IMG/VR virus record: IMGVR_UViG_3300032257_000033
Coordinates: 1-42,889 of that record
DNA from: a virus
Taxonomy: Duplodnaviria; Caudoviricetes
DNA: 42,889 bases
Reading direction: 5' to 3' (one strand)
Below, in pieces: positions 19,110-27,294 of the stretch (within the stretch, counting starts at the first letter, position 1; each line of letters starts with the position of its first letter). The notes under the pieces were generated by a model, which did not search any database, was not told the origin of the DNA, and saw only the letters and a program-made list of their open reading frames with translations. Both the position numbers and the translations under genes were made by a program.

Positions 19110-19565
19110 TTACGCAGCTTTAGGAGCTTTGATAAGACCAACCGAAGAATAATCAGGCTTAGTAGCTTTGATTTTCTCAATTTTTGCTTTACCTTGTTCA
19201 GGTGTAAGTTTACCATCAAGAACATCTGACATGATAGCACGTTCAGAAGTAGTAGCAACTTTTGCAGCGTCTTTACGAATAGACTCAGCTTGGCGAGATA
19301 GACGACGTAGACCGTTAATACCTTTACCACTTTTGTCTTCATAGAAGTATTCAACAGTTGCAGGTAGGAATTTACCAGATACAGAACACATGATTTCAGT
19401 GATTTCACCATTACCATTTTTCTTAGTAACTTCATCCAAGTTAACAGTTGCTCCACCAGCTTTTGGTTCTAGAAGTACAGTTAGTGCTTCAACAAGTTGT
19501 TTTGGTGCTTTATGTTCAGCACAGATAGCCATTGCAGATGCAAAGATTTCTTTTTTAGTAGCCAT
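19110..19565 (-). CDS. Early protein of unknown function (paralogue of 25570..26025)
   Basis: Own promoter and AAGGA RBS; N-terminal half aligns with ORF 26025. Confidence 0.8.
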   Translation of the reverse strand: MATKKEIFASAMAICAEHKAPKQLVEALTVLLEPKAGGATVNLDEVTKKNGNGEITEIMCSVSGKFLPATVEYFYEDKSGKGINGLRRLSRQAESIRKDAAKVATTSERAIMSDVLDGKLTPEQGKAKIEKIKATKPDYSSVGLIKAPKAA

Positions 19566-19644
19566 TTAAGGTCCTTTAAGTGGGCAAGCCCGAATTTAAT
19601 TTGACGTCTTTTATACGGCTTTGTCATTCTCCGTTTGTAAATAT

Positions 19645-19676
19645 ATTATATCATATTAAGATTAAACGAATATTAA
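19645..19676 (-). promoter_or_regulatory. Sigma70-type promoter
   Basis: TTAAT-N6-TTAAT-N8-GATATAAT. Confidence 0.75.
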
Positions 19677-20860
19677 ATGATAAAAATTCTTTTTCTCGAA
19701 CGAGATATCGCGACGTACATAAGTCTAGCGTAGTTGAAGTAAGACTTATTAAAGATTGACTTCTGGATGTCCGACTTAACTACCCAAACTCTATTGAATT
19801 CTGACCCTTGTGATTTATGCACAGTGGAAGCAAAACTATAGTCCATAGTGAAAGCTCTATTAAGTGCATAGACTTGTGAGAATTTAGCTTTATCTTTCAA
19901 AGCATCTTCCTTAGCCTTGGTTCTTATTCTGTTAGCATTACCTATGCCAAGGATAACCGGAATAACCAAACCATTTGAAGAAATATATTTAATATTTTTA
20001 TTCTTAATTAGCGCTTTAAGACTGCTCAGGACGAATTTTTTATTTATCTGATTATTCTGCATAAATAATTTTCCGGACTCATACAGGCCCATTATATCAT
20101 CCAGAGATAGAGATATGAAATCATCAACAATGTATAAATCAGATAATGTTCCAAGCTGAACCTCTTGGCCAACATAACTAGTGATACCAAACTTCTTAGC
20201 TATTGCTGTATTATAGTCACCAACAGCTTTATTGGTATATGCTAGTAAGCGATCGCCAAGTTCAAACTCATTAATATTCTTAGCGTGTATAACATTCTCA
20301 CTTTCTGGTGTAGATAGATCTTTGGAGTTAGTACCTTGAATATACTCTACAAACTTAGTAAACATTGCTACTACGTCAGGACTCTCAGCTCTATGCTGCT
20401 TGGTCAGGTTTGTAGTAGTTAATGGGTCAGTTTGTATTTGTAATCCTTTAACTGGTAGTAACTGATAAGGGTCTAAGAATAAATGTAACGTAATATGGTC
20501 TGTCTCAAAGTTATTCAACTCCTCTAGCTTACCAGTAATACCCATAAGCATGTCTTCACTCATCATACCAGCTTCATCAATAACTATGTCTGTATATGCG
20601 TCTATATCACTGTCAAGTCTTATGATAGTATCAATGTGTGCTATATGTTCTGCTTTCTCATTGATGCCTGGTATCCACCCAAGCAATGCATGAATAGTTT
20701 TAAGTTCAATCTTAGTATTAGTAGAACCTCTTAAACGCGCTAAGGCTTTATGAGTAGGTGCTAGTACTACTGATGTCTTCTCAGGTAGTTTATCTAATAA
20801 TGCTAATAGTTCAGTAGACTTACCAGTCCCAGCATACCCTGTAGTATAATTAATATTCAT
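19673..20860 (-). CDS. SF1B (Dda/RecD-like) helicase; probable start MNINY
   Basis: GYAGTGKS, APTHKA, TIHALL, IDEAGM, DPYQL, QHR, TVHKSQGSEF, YVAISR. Confidence 0.92.
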   Translation of the reverse strand: MNINYTTGYAGTGKSTELLALLDKLPEKTSVVLAPTHKALARLRGSTNTKIELKTIHALLGWIPGINEKAEHIAHIDTIIRLDSDIDAYTDIVIDEAGMMSEDMLMGITGKLEELNNFETDHITLHLFLDPYQLLPVKGLQIQTDPLTTTNLTKQHRAESPDVVAMFTKFVEYIQGTNSKDLSTPESENVIHAKNINEFELGDRLLAYTNKAVGDYNTAIAKKFGITSYVGQEVQLGTLSDLYIVDDFISLSLDDIMGLYESGKLFMQNNQINKKFVLSSLKALIKNKNIKYISSNGLVIPVILGIGNANRIRTKAKEDALKDKAKFSQVYALNRAFTMDYSFASTVHKSQGSEFNRVWVVKSDIQKSIFNKSYFNYARLMYVAISRSRKRIFII

Positions 20861-20970
20861 GATAACCAACTGTCTACAATATCACCTAATATAGGAGCTA
20901 GGTAGTCTGTACCTAAATGAACTGCTATTATAAAGATAGCAAAGCATATTACTTTAAGTGTATGGTCCAT
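20857..20970 (-). CDS. Small membrane peptide, 37 aa (MDHTLKVICFAIFIIAVHLG...), absent from the ORF track
   Basis: Stop/start overlaps on both sides; AAGGA RBS; hydrophobic stretch. Confidence 0.6.
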   Translation of the reverse strand: MDHTLKVICFAIFIIAVHLGTDYLAPILGDIVDSWLS

Positions 20971-21152
20971 TAAAAATCCTTTACATAAATACTAGTATAT
21001 GGTCTAATATAAATACTAGGCTCTTGCTTCTCTATCTTTGATAGAAAAGACTTGTCCATTTCTGAGTATATTTCTTCATCTGTAGGCAGTGACATCCACC
21101 AACCGCTTAAAGCCGCAAGGCATGCCATAAGAAAACAGTAAATCCATTTCAT
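20970..21152 (-). CDS. Small protein with N-terminal membrane/signal segment
   Basis: MKWIYCFLMACLAALSGWW; AAGGAG RBS. Confidence 0.65.
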   Translation of the reverse strand: MKWIYCFLMACLAALSGWWMSLPTDEEIYSEMDKSFLSKIEKQEPSIYIRPYTSIYVKDF

Positions 21153-21367
21153 TTATAACTCCTTAGTTTAGACACATTACTACGTGTTGCTTTTGCTAGC
21201 TGGCAAGTCACTGTTGCTTTTTCAAGCTGCAATCTAATTATCTGATCTTCCATAAGTTTAATATGAGTTGCTAGTGTAAGTAAATCATTCATCTCAACTT
21301 CTGAAACTTTACAACCATCTAATGCTTGTAATCGTATTGCTTCTAATATATTATTAACTTCAGTCAT
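21149..21367 (-). CDS. Hypothetical protein
   Basis: Coupled ORF with AGGAG RBS. Confidence 0.65.
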   Translation of the reverse strand: MTEVNNILEAIRLQALDGCKVSEVEMNDLLTLATHIKLMEDQIIRLQLEKATVTCQLAKATRSNVSKLRSYK

Positions 21368-21638
21368 TAGTTACTCCTAGTTGTTTCTTTCTACCTCTTA
21401 ATTGCTTAAGGATTGTAGGAATAGAACGTGTTCTTCTGCCATTAGAGCAAAGGAATGAATTACCTGTACGAATATGGTGAAACATATTACTATCAAAATG
21501 ATAGAGTTGTTTAGCCTTTCTCATCAGCTCATATGAACATACATAATTAACATAAGTATCTTTAATATTAAGGTCATTGTCTTCCGCATACATTACAGCG
21601 AAGCAAGCTACTTCAGTTAAATCCATCATACTTCCCAT
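21360..21638 (-). CDS. Hypothetical protein (start may be 21629)
   Basis: Overlaps its neighbours within the operon. Confidence 0.6.
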   Translation of the reverse strand: MGSMMDLTEVACFAVMYAEDNDLNIKDTYVNYVCSYELMRKAKQLYHFDSNMFHHIRTGNSFLCSNGRRTRSIPTILKQLRGRKKQLGVTND

Positions 21639-21949
21639 CCTTGTACAAGCTTCATTGCAATCTGAATAGTCTCTGCTGTATGCTCAACACCCATTGTCTC
21701 AGCATCGTCAAGAACCTCATTAACCCACTGTAGTGTTTTAACGTCAAAGTGATCTTTAGCTTCTAGCTCTATGTCATCTTCTGTATAATCATCAGCAACA
21801 TAAATAATATTTGAATAGCCATTAGCTGCCCAACTACTATAGAACGCTTGCTCAACTTCACCAGGGTCTGCTGTTAGCTCTGAGAATGTTTGGCTACCTA
21901 AGTGAGGCTCACCATCCATTACCTTCTCTGTCCATTTTCTGATATACAT
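21626..21949 (-). CDS. Hypothetical acidic early protein
   Basis: First ORF after a promoter; AAGGA RBS. Confidence 0.7.
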   Translation of the reverse strand: MYIRKWTEKVMDGEPHLGSQTFSELTADPGEVEQAFYSSWAANGYSNIIYVADDYTEDDIELEAKDHFDVKTLQWVNEVLDDAETMGVEHTAETIQIAMKLVQGWEV

Positions 21950-21981
21950 TTTGTGTCCTTTGTTTTCGTTTTGTTATATTT

Positions 21982-22014
21982 ATTATATCACGCATTATAT
22001 TAAAATTAGATTAA
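21982..22014 (-). promoter_or_regulatory. Sigma70-type promoter
   Basis: TTAAT-N6-TTAAT-N9-GATATAAT. Confidence 0.75.
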
Positions 22015-22015
22015 A

Positions 22016-24307
22016 TTATTCGTCTAATTCTAATGGGGCTATAGTCTCAACCTCTACTAAGTGTTTGTACGCTTTAAGCAGCTCTACTACTTGTATAGAA
22101 TAGTTCTTATTACCTTTCTTAAAGCTTACCTTCTTCTTCATCTTACGTAGCTTTGTTTTAACTTCTATAGGGTCAAGCAATGATGTGCTCTCAGCTATAT
22201 CAACTAAACTAGGGATATCCAACTCTTTTGTGCCTGATGTGTTATATAATAATATACGCGTTGCTGAGCCTGTAGATGTACTAAACAGTCTGTCAATCTC
22301 ATGTAATGGCACACATAAGTCTTCAGTAAACACTTGCATTAGTTTATCTAAGTTACTATCTTCTAGCGCCTCTACAATCTTATCAATAGGGTCTGTTGTT
22401 GACTCAATGTATTCCTCATAGTCATCATTCTTCCAGTGCTTATTGTCTGTATAATCAGTATGGCTGATCTTCTTAAACGTCTTCAAGTAATTAGCGAAGT
22501 GTGGCAGCTCGTGATGTAGTGACGCTATAAACTCTTTAGTATTATTAGTTATAGTGCTCAGCTTATTAGGACACTTAAACAACACTAGACGTCTGTCATT
22601 ACCAGCAGTATCAGTAATCAACTTAGTATTCATATTTGTTGTTATCACCGGAGTAATATAGTGGCGTGTATTAGAGTCTCCAAGTATATCTTTACCTTTC
22701 TTCTCAATACTAACAACAGCACGACCTGTACGTTTCTTTAGCTCTGCTACTAACTTCGCTTGCTGCGCTTTACTCTCACCTTCTCCACCCTCATCAATTA
22801 TAGCATAGTCTGTAGACGCCATCCACGCGTTAAAGTTATTCTGTAGTTTGTCAAGAGTAACCTCCTGAATCCGACTTAGTCCTGCAAAGTACTCTAGGTA
22901 TATAGTAGTGAATACACCTTTACCTGCACCACCAACACCTGCCAGTACGAAATATAATGGTGTATATTCATATGTTGTATGCTTATTAGCTAAGAACCCA
23001 AAGAGTCTTTCTCTGTTCTCTTGGTCTGGTATTAAATTCTCAAAGAACTTCAATGTATTCTCTGGGTGTATAGGCTCTTTAACTATCTTAATCCCTTTGA
23101 GTATCAGTACACCATCTGTGGGTCTAAACAAGTTAAACTGTGCTTTCCTATTATGTGGTTTAGTCTTAGCTGGATTAGCCTCTGGACTATCTATAATCTC
23201 CACTGGCTCAGCCTTCTTCAATACCATTTCACCTGTTATCTTACGTCTGTCTTTTGAATTCGAGATTATACTATTAACTAAGCTTGTCTGTTTATTAAAG
23301 AGTGTAGTATCACCTAAGCGATTATTATACTCAACAAATAACTCCTTAGCACTGTCATACATAATCTCTATTGTATCACCATAAACTGTGGGATATGTCA
23401 TTCCCTCGTGCTTCCAGTCTTTGTTGTATCTCCATAAGTTGTCACCTGTGATAGAGTTTATTCTATTCTTCACATCATAGTTACAATCCTTAATTATACG
23501 AGCATCATCCATCGGATTGTCCCATAGAGTATTTATATATAACATTATACTCTGAAACTTCTCCTCTGATACACTAGGGTCTTGCGCAAGCTTAAACCTA
23601 ACACTGTTCATCCACTCAGTTCCCTCACCATCCTGCAACTGTGCTGGGTTCTTAACCTCTAGCTTAGCAGGGACGATCTTCGCGACTAGCTCCTCTGTAT
23701 ACTCTTGCTCAAGCAAATAACCTAATGTAGAGTTATCTAGCACTGATGTATCATATACTGCTTGTTGCGTAGAGCCTGCTGACAGATTATCTATATTAGC
23801 CTGCAACGCCTTGGACATAATAAAGTCAACTAATTGTGCTGGTATGCGATATGCTGGTAATGCTGTTAGTGGCTCTGTTAATAGCGTCTTACACTTGTTC
23901 GCCGCCGTAGCGAGGTATATAAGTCTGCTACCTATCTGCAAGTCTATCTTCGCCTTCTTAGCTAGCATATGTATCTTGTTCAGTAGCTCATAGTCTTCCT
24001 GATGATACGCGAATAGTAAGTGGCCACCTTTAATATCTGATCGTGCAACGTAGTCACACTGGTCATCTATAAGCCCTAACACTTGATTAAACAACTCATT
24101 AGTATCTATATCAACACCTATAAAGTCTTGACCTGCTATAATACCTAATAGAGCTGTGTTCTGTGTATTCCTTTGTGTCTGGTACTGTGTCCATCCACCC
24201 TTCGGAAATCCTGGATTAGTCTTAGTTACACCATCAGCCTCACGTTGCATTGTCTTAGCTGTTAATGGTACTGTGTGAAATATTTTAGTGTAGTCCATTA
24301 GCTTCAT
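22016..24307 (-). CDS. Primase-polymerase fused to SF3 (D5/DUF5906-like) helicase
   Basis: GVDID and GGHLLF primase motifs; GVGGAGKG Walker A, IIDE Walker B, TTN, DRR; start may be 24298. Confidence 0.88.
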   Translation of the reverse strand: MKLMDYTKIFHTVPLTAKTMQREADGVTKTNPGFPKGGWTQYQTQRNTQNTALLGIIAGQDFIGVDIDTNELFNQVLGLIDDQCDYVARSDIKGGHLLFAYHQEDYELLNKIHMLAKKAKIDLQIGSRLIYLATAANKCKTLLTEPLTALPAYRIPAQLVDFIMSKALQANIDNLSAGSTQQAVYDTSVLDNSTLGYLLEQEYTEELVAKIVPAKLEVKNPAQLQDGEGTEWMNSVRFKLAQDPSVSEEKFQSIMLYINTLWDNPMDDARIIKDCNYDVKNRINSITGDNLWRYNKDWKHEGMTYPTVYGDTIEIMYDSAKELFVEYNNRLGDTTLFNKQTSLVNSIISNSKDRRKITGEMVLKKAEPVEIIDSPEANPAKTKPHNRKAQFNLFRPTDGVLILKGIKIVKEPIHPENTLKFFENLIPDQENRERLFGFLANKHTTYEYTPLYFVLAGVGGAGKGVFTTIYLEYFAGLSRIQEVTLDKLQNNFNAWMASTDYAIIDEGGEGESKAQQAKLVAELKKRTGRAVVSIEKKGKDILGDSNTRHYITPVITTNMNTKLITDTAGNDRRLVLFKCPNKLSTITNNTKEFIASLHHELPHFANYLKTFKKISHTDYTDNKHWKNDDYEEYIESTTDPIDKIVEALEDSNLDKLMQVFTEDLCVPLHEIDRLFSTSTGSATRILLYNTSGTKELDIPSLVDIAESTSLLDPIEVKTKLRKMKKKVSFKKGNKNYSIQVVELLKAYKHLVEVETIAPLELDE

Positions 24308-24584
24308 CCTCTGACAAACTAAGGTCTCTGTATTGGTTACCTGTTGGCGTGTTGTCAGAGTCTAATTCATTGGTTGTATGCGTAGATACATTGTCATAGT
24401 CTTTAATAGCTCTATTAACTTTAAGTATGTATGGGAGTACCGCAGGAACTATAGCTATCTCTGGCTTGTTATTGGTTAGGCGAAGGCGTGGCTTGTTGCC
24501 CTTGGTATAGTAGAGAGATGCCTTAAGCGCGTCGTGCTGTAAGTCGTAGGTCTCCTTGAGCGTACTGAGTGTTAATAATGTCAT
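24285..24584 (-). CDS. Hypothetical protein upstream of the primase-helicase
   Basis: AAGGAAG RBS, follows a promoter, overlaps the primase start. Confidence 0.7.
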   Translation of the reverse strand: MTLLTLSTLKETYDLQHDALKASLYYTKGNKPRLRLTNNKPEIAIVPAVLPYILKVNRAIKDYDNVSTHTTNELDSDNTPTGNQYRDLSLSEDEANGLH

Positions 24585-24596
24585 CTGTTGGCTTCC

Positions 24597-24908
24597 TTTG
24601 GTTATTTTGATTATTTTATTATATCCAATAAATTATAAGATGAATATTAAATTGATTGAGAATAATCAAAATAACCAAATAAGGGTCTTGTGAGAGTGTG
24701 GTGGAGACTTTTAAAGGCTGATAATAACCAAAGTAATCTGATGGAGTGTGTTATAATGTGATAAATCCCTGTTGATAATCAATATCGTAACCAAATAACC
24801 ACAATAATCCCGGTAACCAATTTTTTTCAGTCCTATATATATTTTTTGTACTAAGCGAGATTTGTTGGTTATATGTCTTTTATGATTATTTAGATTATTT
24901 TGGTTACT
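24597..24908. repeat. Iteron-like TAA(C/T)C(A) cluster; candidate replication origin
   Basis: About 15 copies in both orientations within a 360-bp non-coding gap; perfect 19-bp inverted repeat at 24597-24615 / 24661-24679. Confidence 0.7.
24618..24650 (-). promoter_or_regulatory. Promoter of the primase operon
   Basis: TTAAT-N6-CTTAT-N9-GATATAAT lying between the inverted-repeat arms. Confidence 0.7.
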
Positions 24909-24943
24909 AACATATTTGAAAGAGTAAGATAGATAAAGGAACC

Positions 24944-25174
24944 TTAAGGCTCTTGAACGTCCTCCTTAGCTTCCTTCTCTATTGCCGCGAGTGTAACATA
25001 GATATCATTGTCAAGAGTGCTAACTGTCTCTACCTTCTTACCTAGGTCTCCGACAGTCCCATCACATACCATAGTTATCAAGTGTATCTTACTATCTAGT
25101 AAACGTGTGCACTCCATAACATTAGTTCTAGAGTTAACTATTATTGTAGTCTCACGAGTCTTTATAGCTATCAT
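24944..25174 (-). CDS. Hypothetical early protein
   Basis: AAGGAG RBS; coupled to the upstream gene. Confidence 0.7.
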   Translation of the reverse strand: MIAIKTRETTIIVNSRTNVMECTRLLDSKIHLITMVCDGTVGDLGKKVETVSTLDNDIYVTLAAIEKEAKEDVQEP

Positions 25175-25398
25175 TATAAGCTCCTTAGAGTTAAGTGAGT
25201 ATAATCCGTAGACATACTAAAGGTTGTATTAAACATATCATGTTCCCTCAGATCTGCGCCAAGCATCATCTGACTGTTCTGGCCACTCATAACTAATAAG
25301 ATAGCTTCAGGTGTTATCTCTACCTTCTTTATTTCATTAGCATATAGTGCTAGTAGTTCCATGATACCTTCATCCATTAAGTTGATTGTGCTATACAT
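25174..25398 (-). CDS. Hypothetical early protein
   Basis: AAGGAG RBS. Confidence 0.7.
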   Translation of the reverse strand: MYSTINLMDEGIMELLALYANEIKKVEITPEAILLVMSGQNSQMMLGADLREHDMFNTTFSMSTDYTHLTLRSL

Positions 25399-25501
25399 AT
25401 AAAGCTCCTTCTAGTCTCCATCCATTAAGCATTGCATTAAAGACCTGAGCAGCCTCAACTAGTTCTACGATGTTACCTTTAATCATTAGTATAGTGTCCA
25501 T
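25391..25501 (-). CDS. Small early protein, 36 aa (MDTILMIKGNIV...), absent from the ORF track
   Basis: AAGGAG RBS within a leader duplicated from ORF 26025. Confidence 0.65.
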   Translation of the reverse strand: MDTILMIKGNIVELVEAAQVFNAMLNGWRLEGALYV

Positions 25502-25569
25502 AATAGACTCCTTGTGTGTTATAGTTAGACATAAAGTCTATAAGACCCTCCTAAGAGAGCCCTAAGACG

Positions 25570-26025
25570 TTATTTAGCTTCTGGTGCTGGTTTGTTGAAC
25601 TCGGCCCAATCTGCCTCATAATCGAATGATTTAGGGTCATTAAGACCTTTCTTAAGAGCTTCACTCTCCTTAGCACACTTCTGCGCATCTTCCATTTGTC
25701 CTTCACTCATGGCACATACCGCCTGATCGTTTAAACGTTTGATGTTAGCATTAGTTTTATTCCATTTACTGATAGAAGCCTTACAATATCCTTTAGACTT
25801 GCCTTGACTAATTACCATGTTAGCCACTGGCTCATATCTTCCATGAAATCTACAGTATGCTTCAACTATGTTACCTTCATCATCTAAGACTGGAGGGTTA
25901 GCTGAACCACTTGACTTTGGTGCTAAAAGAGTCTCTAGCTCACCGATTAACTTCTTACTAGCTTTCTGTGCTGTAAGTACTTCTAGGACGTCTGCCCAAA
26001 CTTGTGTTTTAGTTGTTGTTGCCAT
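25570..26025 (-). CDS. First early protein (paralogue of 19110..19565)
   Basis: Directly after tandem promoters; AAGGAG RBS. Confidence 0.8.
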   Translation of the reverse strand: MATTTKTQVWADVLEVLTAQKASKKLIGELETLLAPKSSGSANPPVLDDEGNIVEAYCRFHGRYEPVANMVISQGKSKGYCKASISKWNKTNANIKRLNDQAVCAMSEGQMEDAQKCAKESEALKKGLNDPKSFDYEADWAEFNKPAPEAK

Positions 26026-26108
26026 AATAGGCTCCTTGTGTTATAGTTAGTGCCGAAACACTCTCAACCTCTCTTAGAGAAGTCTCACTGCTTCGTTCTT
26101 ATACTTAT

Positions 26109-26230
26109 ATTATATCATAGCTTTTATTAGTTTAAGATTAGTTCAAAAAGAATCTTTCTGAATCAATCTCATCAGCTAACTTGCTTTTGATACTTATATT
26201 ATAAGCTATGTAACATTAAAATTAGATTAA
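26109..26230 (-). promoter_or_regulatory. Two tandem early promoters (26109-26141 and 26198-26230)
   Basis: YTAAT-N6-YTAAT-N11-TATAAT twice; both continue identically as TATAATATAAGTAT. Confidence 0.75.
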
Positions 26231-26568
26231 ATAGAATTTAAATCTATCTTAAATTATTCTACTAATCATATTATCATGTTCTATTCTTATTGATCTTACG
26301 CTATTCGCGTGCACGCGTCTCATTAATACACGTGACGCGCGCGTATACCATAACTAACATTAATCCAAGCTTAAATCAATTAATTCTTTTGCGCCGATCG
26401 ATATTGATTATGATAATCGGAATCGCTGGATGGTGGCAGATGGTGGTTGTATTCTGTTTGATACCGCTGTATTTTATTAGTGTAACTACTAGTCTCCGCC
26501 GCTACTCAGAGGGCGCCCTAGGGACCTAGCAGCCCCGCCCTGTCTAGACATACGTCGTCAGTTTTCTA

Positions 26569-26665
26569 CAGTTCAAATTTTCAACTCCATCACAATCCAA
26601 CTGAATAACAAAGTATGCAGTTCAAATTTTCAACTCCCTCACAATCCAACTGAATGACAAAGTAT
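26569..26665. repeat. 48-bp direct repeat x2 (period 49, two mismatches)
   Basis: CAGTTCAAATTTTCAACTCC(A/C)TCACAATCCAACTGAAT(A/G)ACAAAGTAT at 26569 and 26618. Confidence 0.95.
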
Positions 26666-26699
26666 ACCACCTCTAAGCCACCAACCTAACTAACAGAAT

Positions 26700-26732
26700 C
26701 TAATGTTATTTTAATATATAATACAGTATAAT
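26700..26732 (+). promoter_or_regulatory. Promoter of the terminase genes
   Basis: CTAAT-N6-TTAAT-N11-TATAAT. Confidence 0.7.
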
Positions 26733-26748
26733 CAGAAAAAGGACCCAC

Positions 26749-27294
26749 ATGACAAAGTTACTCCTACAGTCATATCGGATGGAATATGAGACCACTGATA
26801 TAACAATAGACAACTTGTGCGACAAGTACAACCTCTCTACATCAGATCTTAGCGGTTACACCAAGTGGACAAAGACACTTGAGATAGACGAAGAGCCCGA
26901 AGAACAACACGAGCCAGAACCTATAGTTACAGAGCCAGAAGACATTATCGAGGAACCTATAGTTATAGAGCCGGTAATGCTTAGTTGTGATGAGCCAATA
27001 GTTCCAGAGGTTATGCTACCAACACCTTCACAAGCCACTACACCAGCACTAGATAAGTATGAGGATGGTGATACAGATATTAAAGATCAGATACTTAGTT
27101 TTAAGAAGTCTGCGTTGAACTACGCTGTTGAGTTTATGGAGAATGATGTGAAGTTTGCTGAGGTTAAAGAGTTTAAAGATATTGTTAGTATAGTTGATAG
27201 TATAGATAAAAGCTTCCAGAAGAATACAGAGAGTACTACAACGGTTAATGTTATGATACAGAATATTATGAGCGAGTTCCACGATGATTGCTAA
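26749..27294 (+). CDS. Putative terminase small subunit
   Basis: Immediately upstream of TerL; HTH-like N-terminus (YETTDITIDNLCDKYNLS) and Glu/Pro-rich linker. Confidence 0.65.
   Translation: MTKLLLQSYRMEYETTDITIDNLCDKYNLSTSDLSGYTKWTKTLEIDEEPEEQHEPEPIVTEPEDIIEEPIVIEPVMLSCDEPIVPEVMLPTPSQATTPALDKYEDGDTDIKDQILSFKKSALNYAVEFMENDVKFAEVKEFKDIVSIVDSIDKSFQKNTESTTTVNVMIQNIMSEFHDDC

Noticed and set aside
19076-19456. Alternative-frame and antisense ORFs (for example 19076..19456, 6934..7563, 2598..3020, 22908..23384, 30196..30750)
   Set aside because: They are shadows of well-supported genes, explained by codon bias, and lack RBS or motifs.
26290-26529. 79-aa ORF in the control region
   Set aside because: TTG start, no RBS, and it runs through palindromic non-coding DNA.
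26569-26665. CRISPR mini-array
   Set aside because: Two adjacent copies separated by 1 bp, with no spacers and no cas genes.
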